64,000 nucleotides of DNA from Octopus sinensis (GCF_006345805.1 NC_042998.1:129208001-129272000), one strand, 5' to 3'. Positions 38,092-52,705 are shown, counted from the first letter of the stretch. Made by a program: numbers and translations. Notes: a model not told the origin generated them from the sequence alone.

Positions 38092-38475
38092 CTACATACA
38101 TACATACATACATACAACATACATACATACATACATACCTGCATGCATACACATACGTGCACAAGCGCACACACATACACATATACACACTCAGAAACGC
38201 AGACACACATATATACGAGAGTTTGTTTTCGGAGTTGAAAATGCTCCTGGATTGTATGCAAGGTGTCTCAGCAACTCGAAATCTAATATTTCATTACTTT
38301 CAACGGCATGCAGCTGTAAGTGGGCGTGCATTGTCGTAACAACAGTAGACAATAGACCTCGGTGTGAATTGCTGGTTTCAGCGTGTTGGCTAGCATTTCA
38401 CTTTAGCCTAGGTTGGTGAAAGTTTGTGAAATTCTGTTTTCTTTTCCTTTTTTTAAAACTATTTTTCAATACTGT

Positions 38476-38848
38476 CTTTACTCTTTTACTTGTTTCAGTT
38501 ATTTGACTGCGGCTCTGCTGGAGGACCATCTTTAGTCGAGCAAATTGATCCCAGGACTTATTCTTTGTAAGCCTAGTAGTTATTCTATCGGTCCCTTTTG
38601 CCGAACCACTAAGTTACGGGGACGCAAACACACCAGCATCGGTTGTCAAGCGATGTTGGTGGGACAAATACAGACACACAAACACACACACATATATATA
38701 TACATATACATATATACGACGGGCTTCTTTCAGTTTCCGTCTACCAAATCCACTCACAAGGCATTTCGACCCGAGGCTATAGCAGAAGACACTTGTCCAA
38801 GGTGCCACGTAGTGGGACTGAACCCGGAACCATGTAGTGGTAAGCAAG
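38476..38848 (-). mobile_element. SINE group 1, slightly 5'-truncated
   Basis: Collinear with 1769..2201. Confidence 0.9.
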
Positions 38849-40359
38849 AAAATCTTTCTTTACATATTGTTCCGAAAACTTTTAAATACATGTTAAAAGA
38901 TAAAGTTCCCCCCCGAATCATATTGACCCATATGTCCGGCTTCCCAGGTTCTGAGGAGTATGTATGCTACCCGTCTATTCTGGATAGGACGCCGATCAGT
39001 CGTAGGGTTACTCATTCTTGCTGGGTAAGTGGAATGGAACAACGTGAAATGAAATGTTTCGCTCAAGAACATTTAAAGGAGTGCATATGACTTACTCCAA
39101 GGGACACACACGCTCGCACGCACGCTCGCATGCACACTCGCACGCACGCTCGCACGCACGCATGCACACACACACAAACACACACACACACACACGCACA
39201 CATTTTATGTGTGTATGGAGAAAAGAATTGTGTTCCCACGCAGGAAGGAATATAGGAGTTTGTTGTGGGGGTTGAAAATGTTCCTTAATCTGAAAACATG
39301 CAGTCGCTTATAAGTATTTTAATAGGTTTATAAAAATACGAAACCCTTTTCGACAATGTTTTTGTTTTTCAATGGTAATTAAATATTTAAAAAATGGTTT
39401 AAGAAGGATTGAATGTACGGGGACAAATTCGGAGAAATATAGCTAAAAGATCAAATGCCCAAACGAGCTTCACTTTGAGGGACAGAATGACGATACACAG
39501 GTAACAAACTTGGGACTCCATAGCTAGGAGAATTCCATTAGTAAACACTTAAATTTGTGCCCAGCGAACAAAAGTTCAGAATACAACATTTTCCCTCTCT
39601 ATCAATGCTGTGGAAACACTACAACCCAGTTCCAATTAAATATAGAAAATATAATCATTAACAAATATAAATCACCACTAAGTACCTATAACAACACACT
39701 AAAATGAGAAAACTGAATTCATTCACGAAAATCAAGAGATAAAAGTCAAAAGTTTAAGTAACGCCTTCTCGATTCGAAGCACAAACTCCAAACACCTCCT
39801 TTAAGTATTCGATCATTTAAGCATGTTTTTCCGCGTTTTCCCCTGTACATTCAATGTCTCCACAATTTTGACTTTATTTTTATGTACCATTGAACAACGA
39901 ACAAAAAACCAACAACAAATTGTCGTAACCTGTTTGGAATGGTAATAAATTTCTTACAAAATCTAAAAGCGATCACAGATTTTAAGACTCAGATGCATTT
40001 TCAATCCCCCAAACAAACTCCTATATTCCTACGTGGGATATAATTCTTTCCGCATACACCATACATCATACATGCATGCACACATACATGCACTTCTTTC
40101 CAGCCCCCACACACATATCTTTTACTTGACTCAGTCATTTCACGGCAGCTATACTGGAAGCTTCGCCTTGAAGGGTTTTAGTCGAACGAATCGACTCCAG
40201 GACTTATTTTTAAGGCCCTGTACTCATTTTAATGACTTCTTTTGCAGAATCGCTATGTTACAGTAAGCATAACACACCTGTACCGGTTCGTAAGCTGTGG
40301 CGGGGAAACACACACACACATACATACATACATACATACATACATACATACATACATAC

Positions 40360-40565
40360 ATACATACAACCTCATGTGTCTCATTGGCGATTTTCTTCCT
40401 CCGTAGTCCCTTCCTTTGGACTTTCCTCTATTTCTGAAGAAGATATTGGCTCGAAACTTTAAATCCTCTTTCCTGCCTTCCCTGAGCGTCTGATAATACA
40501 GTAATTGTACCACGTCCTCGCATTATTGCTTTTTCTTGTTTGTTTGGATTCACTTTATATTCGAA
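40360..40565 (+). mobile_element. Solo PLE pLTR cassette, family B, with a decayed hammerhead at 40431..40463
   Basis: Homologous to the tandem units in 43495..43895; core TTT-CTGAAGA-A-GATATTGGCTC-GAAACTTT-AAA. Confidence 0.65.
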
Positions 40566-41009
40566 GGTAAGGACAAGACGCGACTTCTTTGAAACAATTC
40601 TTCCCGCTTTATCACCCACCCTTCTCTATTCTTCTCCTCTCCCCTTCACCGTTCCCTCTCTCTCACTCCTCATCCTCGATTCTCTCGTCGCTGACACGGG
40701 ATGAGAGGGAAGCCATCATTCCGAATACTACCTTCACTTAGGCTAAACGGGCATACCCTGTCTCTTCATAAGCTGTCTCCTTAACCGTTCAGAATAATTT
40801 TTCCATCGTCTTGGCTTAACAGCCCTCACCGTTTGTTTTTACTGTTTTGTTCTCCTTGTTCTGTCTTTTAATGTTTTTACTTTTTTATTGTTTTTACTGT
40901 TTTGTTCTCACTGTTCTGTACCCATATATGCATGTATATATACAATATAGGTATGTATATAGGCATATTTATATATCATTTATATTATATTATATTATAT
41001 TATATTATA

Positions 41010-41391
41010 TATATATATATAACGGGAAGCTTTATGAAAATAGACAAAAGACGAAGGCAGGTGGAAAACAAACGAACAATTGTATTAGTATGGCGCTCAG
41101 GAAATATAAATAAAACAAGTCTTTAACGTTTCGAGCCTACGCTCTTCAACAGAAAGATACACAGAGAGAAAAAAAACACAGAAAGAAGGAGAGAAAAAAA
41201 ATGCGTGCAGTAGCTAACGAATTAACATGGCGATCTGATTTCGGCCAGAGGTCAAAGATCAAACATGAGACGCGAGAGCGAAATAAGGGGAGATAATAGG
41301 GTTGATAATATGGTTGAAGGACCAGCTAATAGTGCGTAGGAGGGGTCTGGACGTGTGTATGTATAGGGTTGGTGTATGTATTAGTATGTAT

Positions 41392-41422
<31 letters not shown>

Positions 41423-41490
41423 ATGAGAGAGTATTAGTGCGTAGGATTGGTGTGGACGTGCGTATGTATGGGGTTGGTGTATGTATATAA
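41010..41490 (-). mobile_element. PLE 3' UTR plus family A pLTR with a hammerhead at 41121..41156
   Basis: Minus strand: CA-rich UTR, then CTTT-CTGTTGA-A-GAGC(GTAG)GCTC-GAA-ACGT-T-AAAG, then the family A tail and (TA)n. Confidence 0.7.
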
Positions 41491-41700
41491 TAATAATAAT
41501 AATAATATTAGGGAGTAAATCCAAACTTACAGGGAAAAATTAGATTTAGGATTAAATCTAATTTTATAGTATAAATATATATTGTATTGAATTAGAGATA
41601 AAACCACTATTAGGCAAATCAAACCGTGAAAATCATAAGCCAATACATAGAAATAAAATTAATTAATAAAATGTATAAAAAATATAAAATATAAAATTTA

Positions 41701-41868
41701 AAATTAAAATATTTAAATTAAAGTTAAGATTTAAAAAATTATTTAAATTAATAATTTAAACTTATAAATTTTAAATATATACATATATATATATTTATTT
41801 AAAATTTATAAGTTTAAATTATTAATTTAAATAATTTTTTCTTAACTTTAATTTAAATATTTTAATTT
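41701..41868. repeat. Near-perfect AT-rich palindrome (~75-bp arms, 18-nt loop)
   Basis: 41701..41777 is the reverse complement of 41796..41868 apart from a 4-nt indel. Confidence 0.9.
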
Positions 41869-41870
41869 GG

Positions 41871-41901
<31 letters not shown>

Positions 41902-41921
41902 AATATACATACGCCGCCAGT

Positions 41922-42391
41922 ATGAATTTTTTTGTATGGCGCCGTATTTTACAATCCTGTAAATAATAATAATGGTATTTTTATAAAGCTTAAAGCTTAT
42001 GGCGATCACCGTAAAATGACTAAAGAAAATAGTCTAATAAAGGAGCATATAAGCACTCAACAGAAAAAAGAAGGCTTTCTATCCACGTGGGACTCGAATC
42101 CACATCCCTTTCTTAACGCGACTGTGTTACCTTTACAGCAGCGAATTAGCCTCCCTATTTCTCTCAAATTTAAGAACTATAGTAATTAGTATTTGTTCTA
42201 TGTAGACAAACTTTCTGTATGCTTTCGGTGCGAATGGTTTATATGCCCCTTTATTAGGCTATTTTCCTTAGTCATTGCACGGTCATCACCATAAGCTTTA
42301 TGCTTATATAAAAATACTATTATCATTTACAGGATTGCAAAATACGGCGCCGTATAAAAATTCATTTGCACCGAAAGCATATAGAAAGTTT
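41922..42391. mobile_element. Fold-back element with interleaved inverted repeats and an internal tRNA-like segment
   Basis: 41922..42052 pairs with 42239..42365; 42208..42236 pairs with 42363..42391; the minus strand at ~42080..42150 has GTGGATTCGAGTCCCAC (T-arm/B-box-like). Confidence 0.65.
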
Positions 42392-42504
42392 ATATTGTTG
42401 ATAGTCATTATTCAGGACAGTGGAGGTAACTGCTAATGTTTTAGGTGAGACAAATAAACATACAAAAACTCATGAGCTAAAGTAGAGATGAAATATGTAC
42501 AGTG

Positions 42505-43490
42505 ATGGATATGTGGTCATGAATTAACATATATACTGAGAGCAAAGTTGGTTTTTGCGTTCATATTTAGGCGTGTTCTGTATTTTTCGATGAATGAATT
42601 TTCGTCATTTAAACATTCTTGTACAGAAATTGTTTCTTTGCCCTGGTAGATGGGGAAAACTGAAATTTGGTTGAGATTCTGTGCACATCTCTCTATGTGT
42701 TCACTCAAAGATATCTGGTTAAACTTTGGGAAACATCTGTTTCTTATGTAGTGTGGTTCTCTATTCAAGTGACATACTTGTCTGTCCCAAATAGTTGTGT
42801 CCACAACTTGAAAAAGTTATAACATAGATTAAATTATCGGAAGCACAAGTGAAGTTGGTCTTAATTGTGAATCTCTCTCGTTGTTCAGAGCCTTCCAGTA
42901 GGTTGGAGCATGTTCCACAATTTGAACGTCCACAGTTCATGGTTTCATGGTGGTTGTGTATAGCATTGCATTTATCAGTTCATGGTTTCATAGTGGTTGT
43001 GTATAGCATTGTATTTATCAGTAGACTTTTTAGCGATTTGGGTTGCTTTTTACACTTGATGAATTTATGTTTTAAAAATGTATTTCAGTTTGGATACCTA
43101 GTGAGCATTGGTAAATTTTGTACAATGGTGTTTTATGCCTCATTGTTTCTACGGTGTGAGTCGATATATACGATAGTATTTTGAGATAAGGTGTGGTGTT
43201 TTGTTTTGTTTTCCTTAATGTTTTAATGCCTATATTTTTGGCACATTTACTTCCATAATCTATAAATGAGGGTGGATAGTGTCTCTCAGTTAGTGTTTTT
43301 CTGAGGTCTTGAAGACGGATGTTCCGAGTATTTCCATCAGAGAGTATTGTGCAAATCCTTTTCACTAAATCAAATGGAGAAATCTTTTTGATGTGTTTCA
43401 GGTGGCATGAGATAAACAGAAGACATTGCTTCGAGTCCGTTGGTTTATTATAAATGCCGGTTAAAATTTGCTTGTTGACATTTCTATCAG
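42505..43490 (-). pseudogene. 5'-truncated Penelope-like element (RT thumb, linker, GIY-YIG)
   Basis: Reads KQILTGIYNKPTDSKQCLLFISCHLKHIKKISPFDLVKRICTI...TERHYPPSFID and continues into a GIY-YIG region. Same family as 51010..52060. Confidence 0.9.
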
Positions 43491-43494
43491 GGAT

Positions 43495-43895
43495 ATGTGA
43501 CCGCGTGTGTATCGTTGGCGATTTTTTCCCTCTGTCTTCCCTTCCTTGGATCTTTCCTTTTCCTAGTTTTCTAACGAAGAGCTCCGCTCGAAACGTTAAA
43601 TCCTCCTTCTCTCCTTCCTTTCCTGAGCGTCCAATAACACTATACTTCTTCCATGTTCTCGCGTTGTTGTGTTTTCTCTTTGTTTTTTTATGTTTGGATG
43701 TGACCTCGTATGTACCGTTGGCGATTTTTTTCCTCTGTCTTCCCTTCTCTGGATCTTTCCTTCTCCTATGTTTCCGACGAAGAGCTCCGCTCGAAACGTT
43801 GAACCCTCCTTCTTTCCGTCCAATAATACTATATTTGTTCCACGTCCTCGCGTTGTTGTGTTTTTTTTGTGCTTTCTTGTTTGGATTAACTTTAT
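43495..43895 (+). repeat. Two tandem ~203-bp family B pLTR units, each with a hammerhead core, inverted relative to the adjacent PLE ORF
   Basis: Cores at 43568..43600 (CTAACGA-A-GAGC-TCC-GCTC-GAAACGTT-AAA) and 43771..43803 (CCGACGA-A-GAGC-TCC-GCTC-GAAACGTT-GAA). Confidence 0.8.
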
Positions 43896-44077
43896 ATACA
43901 TATATATATATATAAATAAATAAATATATATATCTAAGTGAACAAACGTAAAAAAAATGGTACTCAACACATTTGGTAGGAGTTATCTGTATCATTATTT
44001 AGAACAGTTGAAATTTCGCGAGCTTCTTGCAGAAACCCATTTCTTTCATATTTACTCAAGATATATATATATACATA

Positions 44078-44146
<69 letters not shown>

Positions 44147-44803
44147 AATATATTCAACTTGAACCATTCAAACTTATGTCGTCTTTGTGTAGAGAATTTC
44201 TGATGTGTTTAATTTAATCATATCCACTTGATTGTGTTTAGGTTTCATTAAACACATGTACACACAAACGAACGCATATATAAAATATGCACACACATGT
44301 GCATGATGTCTATGAAAGTGTTTATGTATGTGTATATGTAGATGTAAGTATGTGTGTATATGTGTGTGTGTGTGTGCACGCTTGCACTTGCAGTTATGTG
44401 CAAACTGGTACACAAACGTCACTGATTTATAATCTCCCTCATCTGTCCTTTCCTACTGTTGTAATGACCCGAGGTAGACTTTGTTAACGCTTGCACGCTT
44501 TAAATTGTCGGATCAACGAGTTCTAGAAACACGGACATGTGAGCGCACATGCGAGAGCACACGCACACGCAAACACACACACACACACACACGCACACAC
44601 ACACACACACACACACACCACATACAGACTTACACAATGCCTATGCGTACAAAGACATACACGTACGTGTACAAACACACGCGCACATTTACGTGGATAC
44701 ATACGAACATATACACGCACACATAGATGCAAGCATACATCCATCTCCCATATGCATATATATATACACGTATATGTTTATGATGCGTATGCATATATAT
44801 GTA

Positions 44804-44844
<41 letters not shown>

Positions 44845-45007
44845 TATATATATTATTATAATATACACATACATATTGTATATGTATATATGTATGTATA
44901 ATATATTAATATATATATATATATATATACAAACATATATACATATACATATATATACAAATATATATATATACATATATATGTATATAACTTAGAATAA
45001 CTTAGAA

Positions 45008-45570
45008 AGGTTTTTGGCCAGTATTGGCCCAGGCCATGTCTAACTTAATAGCACCACCTGGCGAAGTCTTTCAGTTCAGGATTTGGGCACCAAGGCCATT
45101 CGAGCAGAGAGTTATTGTTTGCGGAGACATATCGGGTGTGGGTGGTTTGTCCGGTACTGTTTGAAGGAATTTGTCCAAAGACTTCTTGAATTTTGTGTGG
45201 TCAGTTTCTTTTTGACGTGTCCTAGTGTAATGTTGAAGAGAGGGTCCAATTGAGGTGATATAGTTGTGCCGTATTGTCGTTATGTGATGCGATTTAGATT
45301 TTTGTTGTGGACGGATGGCACGTGGTCCAAGCCTTGGATGCATTTTGAAGGTGATGCCAAACATCATTCGGACAGTGCTGATGGAATATTTTCCACATCA
45401 TACAGATAATGTAGCGTTCACGGCGTCGTTGGAGTGAATACAATTTCAGCTTCTCTAGTCTACCCCAGTAGTCAAGGTCTGACATGCCATCTATCTTTTT
45501 GTGATTGACCTTTGGGGAGCTTCAATTCTCAAATTTGTTTTGTGTAGGGAGACCACAGTGGACAGCGTAT
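45008..45570 (-). pseudogene. 3' fragment of a CR1/L2-like LINE (same family as 23398)
   Basis: Reads ..PLWSP..QRSITKKIDGMSDLDYWGRLEKLKLYSLQRRRERY; same 3' stem-loop end, followed by a short TTCTAAGTTA repeat. Confidence 0.9.
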
Positions 45571-45691
45571 TTATATACATACATACATACACACACCACC
45601 ACATATATACATACATACTACACACACACACAATATATATATAAATATATATAAATATATATAATATTCTTATAATTAAAGTTTAGATTTG

Positions 45692-45735
<44 letters not shown>

Positions 45736-46180
45736 CACATAGAACACACAGACACACGTACACAGACATATACACACACATAAATGTATACATACTCATT
45801 CATACACACATATAATACATGTTTGTATTTACTAGATTAGCGGTCGATACACACAAACAGCGGCAATGGTTGTGGTGAAATATTTGTATGCGTTCACTAA
45901 AAGGGTTCGTAAACATACACATCAACAGATTGTGCGCAGCCATCCTCATAATGTGAGCAAAGCAACCATCCATGTTTGTAAGGCAAATACCTTAAGACCT
46001 CCGATGAGTGCAGTGGTATTTATTATATTATGAAATATTTCTACAATCTGTTGAAATGTATTTCTAGACTAATTACAATGCGGAAGAATGAAATTCCTCA
46101 GTTCATTTCAGAACACTAAGACACCATTGCATACACTTTCGTTGTTTGCAAAGATACAGATAGAGTTATAAGACACACAT

Positions 46181-46234
<54 letters not shown>

Positions 46235-46429
46235 TAGAATTATATATACATATTTGTGTGTGTGTGGTGTGTGTGGTGTGTGTGTGTGTCGGTGTGTGTG
46301 GTTACCCTAGCGCTACTGGTAGCATGTAAACTAGCGCAACCTGATGCGCATCGGGAAGCCGCCGACTAAATCATCAACGTCACCATATATATATGTATGT
46401 ATATATATATATATATATATCTTTAACTC

Positions 46430-46945
46430 CTTAAATCCTTAATGTTTTAGCCCAAAGGCCACGGCAATGCTGGGGCACCATCGTTGAATGAGCTACACTA
46501 ATATGTGAATCCACCTCTGATACGTGGCACTTGGTCAACAAGGGAGTTCGATGCTGCTGCCCGCATCTGTGTCTCCTGTCGTGAGGTAGGTTCATCTGGG
46601 ACCTCCGACGAGAAGAGATCCAGTTTAGTTTTAAAGAAACCCACATCCACACCATGCAAGTCTCTCAGGCATTTAGGGAGGATGTTAAAGAGCTGTGGTC
46701 CTCTGAAACCCAAGCTGTTGCAGTATCTGGTCCTGTATTTTGATGGTGATGATGGAATCTTTGGCACCATGCAGTGCGCGCCCGTTCTGCGGTTGGGGTA
46801 ACTGGATGCCAAAGTTGGGAGAAGACCTTCCAGAATTTTCCAGATGTATATCACCGCATATCTCCACCGCCTTCGCTCTAGGGAGACGAGTTTTAATACT
46901 TTCAGTCTTTCCCAGTAGCTGATATGTTGCATTGAGACGATCTTC
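46430..46945 (-). pseudogene. 3' fragment of a second CR1/L2-like LINE family
   Basis: ORF 46498..46932 reads SYWERLKVLKLVSLERRRWRYAVIYIWKILEGL...GPQLFNILPKCLRDL...FKTKLDLFSSEVPDEP. Confidence 0.9.
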
Positions 46946-47014
46946 TTTGTGCAACTTCTTTGAATTGCTTATATACATATATATATATATACATATATAT
47001 ATATAATATATATA

Positions 47015-47082
<68 letters not shown>

Positions 47083-47288
47083 TATTAAATATATATATAT
47101 ATTATTATATATTCGTTTTTTAGGATTTGGTTTGCAGATTCTTTATGTGAGTTCGTGTGTTGAAGCTTATTCTGTTGTGTCTGAGGAGAGAATTTTTCTT
47201 TTTGTGCCTTATAATTTAACACACTCATCGGTAAAATTTTCCCTGCCTATATATATATATATACATATATATATATGTATGTATTTTA

Positions 47289-48530
<1,242 letters not shown>

Positions 48531-49344
48531 ATGTATGTGTATAAATATGGTTAAATATACCTACAAACACGCAAGCGCACACACACACAACCTCACACAC
48601 ATACATACATACATAGTTAAGCTAATAAATTAGAAAACAAGAGTTTACAGTAACTCTTCATAGATATTTATCTTGAAAGTTTATACTCTAATATCACGGA
48701 TAAAAGAAAGTAGTCCATCACAGTAGATAGATAGGTAGATATCCGGCAAGTTTATATTCGAACCTCACAAAAGAGAGATAGGAGATATATATATGTGCGT
48801 ATATACCATGTTTATACGTTTCTGATATTATAAACCTAATAACAGTTTCGTATCGATATTATGAAGGATAATGTCAGCATGAAGATTGACTCCAAAATCA
48901 AGTATGTCAGACTGACCGTCGAGTAGAGTATAAGATAGATGGTTCTTTATCACAACAAAGACTGAGCAAAACAATGTTGTTATGATTCCGAACTATGAAG
49001 AACGCCAAGAAAATGGTAATGAAATGTTTCTTATAATAGATGGGGAAACATAATAAACCTATTTAAGTATAGTTTCAGAAAAAAAAAAAAAACAACGAAT
49101 AAAACTAAATCTTTTTTCAAGTGAGTAAAATAGAAATAAAAATGTGGGATTTAAAAAAAAAAAAGAAAGGTATAAATATAAAAAAATGTTAAAGAAATAA
49201 TGAAATAAATGAAAATAAATCGTAGGAACGACAAACTAATACTTCAAAAACACTGTCGACAGCAAGAAGAAAAGAACAACATTATCAAGAAGTTCATGAC
49301 ATGAACTTTAATTGGATTTTCCGTTTAGGTAAGTATATATATAT

Positions 49345-49382
<38 letters not shown>

Positions 49383-49395
49383 ATAATATATATAT

Positions 49396-49470
<75 letters not shown>

Positions 49471-50753
49471 TATATGGCTGTGTTGCCCTAAACCGGACGA
49501 GAAAATATTGTCCATGGAACCGGTGTTAATGGGTATGTTTATACGGTATGTATATGTATGTATATATGTATGTATGATGTATGTATGTATGTATGTATGT
49601 ATGTATGTATGTATGCATGCATGCATGCATGTATGTACGTGTGTGTGTGTGTGCATGCATATGTAGGAATACGCGCGCGCGCGTACATGTGTGTGTATGA
49701 TAGACTGTAAACAAACATATCTAGATATACTTCTTGAAGTTGTGAGTATTTTCTTTGGTATGCGAAAATCCTCTTTACACGAACCTTACATAGAACCTGA
49801 GAGTTTTTCTGTTTCATATCGTTTTTAATCGATGTTGGGACACCGGAGGGATAACTCGAGTCTGGAAATTAAAATGCAATTCTGTACGCACTTTGCTATA
49901 ATCAATTCTACAAGGAGGAACACCTAGAATCACTGGCAAACAACAGTCCTTTAAAAATTGGCCATTGTTGCTGCTGCGGTCGTGGTATCACGCGCATCTC
50001 CGGCAGCGAAATATCTTGCATTGATTCCTCGCTTGTGAAGGCATAAGGTTGGTCTGCCAAAGGCATGACTAATCACAATCCCGGAGTAATGTCATGTCCT
50101 CTCTTGCCGATGAACTTTGAAAAGCGCCGTCTTTCTTTTACCAAGACTTCATCATACTCGGACATGACTTGATACTATGTATCTATGTCCGTATGCGCGT
50201 ACGTACGTTTGGATGGGTGTGTGCACGTATGCATGTTTACTCGTTCACAGGTACGGATGGACGTGTGCACATGTACGTGTTCACATGTATGTATTTGTGC
50301 GCGTAATTATAAGAGCAAGTCACCCATGAAATGATATGGAAGCGATTGTATGTGTTGACTTGGGTTTGGAAGTACGCATATCTATGTGGATATGCTTGTA
50401 TGTCTGTATTCACTTACTAGTCTATAGCACAGGTTATCTATATCTATATATATATGTTTTCGCATATATACACTTATATGAGTGTAAGTAAAATTGCATA
50501 ATATATTAACAGTGAAACAATTGTATGGGGTTAATCTATATTTTTGTTATTTTTCATTTGTCCTGCTCGCTTACGTTCATAGTGTGCTAAATTTTTTCTT
50601 GAGAACATTTCTTAGTGGTTGAGACTCTCTTTAGTGGATTCTCTCTCATATGCGTATTAATAATATTTACTGAATCTCAGTTTTTTTATGCGCTAAACCA
50701 CTGGTGTTAAATTGATGTTATTAAATTAATATACAATTTTTTCACCCTCATTT

Positions 50754-50831
<78 letters not shown>

Positions 50832-50876
50832 GCGTGTAATAATAATAATAATAATTATAATAATAATAATAATAAT

Positions 50877-52205
50877 TCCAAACTTACAGGGAAAAATTCA
50901 ATTTAGCAATTCTAAATCAAATTTCACAATATATAATATATGTATATAATTTTGAGAAAAGCTTCTATTAAACAATTCAATAGTGAAAAACATAAGAGAA
51001 AATTAGAAAAGATACCTGGATGACTGTTTTATAATTTGGAAGAACAACATCGAAAAACTTTTGGATTTCAAATCAACATTCAATGATATAAATAGTAACA
51101 TTCAATTCACAATGGAATATAACAAAGAACAGCTCCCATTTTTAGACATCATGATAAAAAAAAGTGAACAATCAAATCATAACTGACATCTATTATAAAC
51201 CAACTGATTCAAAACAATATCTCCTCTTTAATTCATGCCACCCGAAGCACATCAAAATAAATATCCCTTTCAATTTGGCAAAAAAGATTTGCACGGTAGT
51301 GTCTGATAGAACAACTCAGGACCTTCGTCTTCAAGACCTCAAAACAACGCTTACTGAAAGACAATATCCACCCTCACTCATAGACGAGGTAATTAAACGT
51401 GCCAAAAATTTAGACATAAAAACACTAAGAACAACAAAGCATAACATCACGGCTCATCTCAAAACATTACTATTTATATCAATACACAACCCCAGAAACG
51501 GTGAAGCATTCAGCACTATTGTGTAAAATCTTCCTTTACTAACTAGAGATCCAAAAATGAACGACATCCTGAAAAAACACAAACTCATCAAATACAAAAA
51601 GCAACACAAATCGCTAAAGAGACTACTAACAAATGCGAAGCTTTACAAAACAACCACGAAACCAACGGTTTAAGAATGTGGACGCCCAAACTGTGGAACC
51701 TGCCTCAACTTACTTGAAGGCTCGGATTTCCTTTTCAAACAAGGACAGAGGTTCACAATTAAAACTAGTTTCAATTGTGCCTCTGAGGACCTAATTCATG
51801 TAATAACCTACTCGTGTTGTGGACACAATAATACTGGAGAGACGAGTATGACCTTGAGAAAGAGAACCACTCTACATAAAGAGCAAATCCGTTTCCCGCA
51901 ATACAGGCAAATTCCTGTATTTGAACATATAGTGAACATATAGAAAAATGTGCAGATAACATCAAACCAAATTTCACAGTCTTCCCTTTCTACCAGTGCA
52001 AAGACACAATCTCTTTTTACATTGAAAAATACAGAACACGTCTTAATATGCACGCATAACCAACTTTTATCTTTTTACATATTTCACTACACGATTACAT
52101 CACTGTATATAAACCCCCTCCTAAACAAGTTTTCCGAAACCTATTTTGTCTTTACATATATATTTCCCTCCCCCTACCGAAATCTGAACAGTTATCTCCC
52201 TTGCC
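50877..52205 (+). pseudogene. 5'-truncated Penelope-like element with an upstream inverted pLTR end; RT (YLDD at 51013) plus GIY-YIG endonuclease
   Basis: Reads RYLDDCFIIW...FTMEYNKEQLPFLDIMI, TDIYYKPTDSKQYLLFNSCHP, then CGRPNCGTC and CASEDLIHVITYSCCGHNNTGET. Several stops and frameshifts. 50877..51000 resembles the pLTR end at 41518..41640. Confidence 0.92.
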
Positions 52206-52247
52206 CTTAACAATAATAATAATGATAATAATAATAATAATAATAAT

Positions 52248-52705
52248 GGGCTACAGCAAATATTCTGCTCAATACCACAGATTTGCTTGTCAGTTGTTTT
52301 ACCTTAACCAGTTGAGCATGTCCCTCAGTGGCTGACGATATGTGCATCTTTGATCACGAGCAGAAGTAGTGGGGGAGCATCGTAGCCATGTGTTGAGAGG
52401 GATTCTTTGGGGTTTGAATAATTCACCTCTGGAAACATGGGTGGTTCTTTCAACATCCTTAAACAACCCTTATTCAGGGACCTTTTGAGCTGGATGGGCT
52501 ACTCAACCTGAAAAAAATTCTAACTGGGCCCCACCTGCAAGGTCATGTGCTGTTTATCTTGATATGAGATCACCATGTCGCGCACATATGGTTGTGATGC
52601 ATGTGCCTGGTGTACCCTTATCAGACGGGTAGTCATGATGGGTATATTGGGCTTCGTATATTTTACCCCAATGTCACTTTGATGGCATGAAATGCTATCT
52701 CACTC
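52248..52705 (+). mobile_element. (AAT)n-tailed element, short form, copy 4
   Basis: Reverse-orientation homologue of 21287..21741 with the same 5' endpoint; (AAT)n on both sides. Confidence 0.85.

Noticed and set aside
43072-43995. Longest ORF in the window (307 aa)
   Set aside because: Chance read-through of (TA)n and antisense pLTR repeats into a truncated PLE RT fragment; not a gene.
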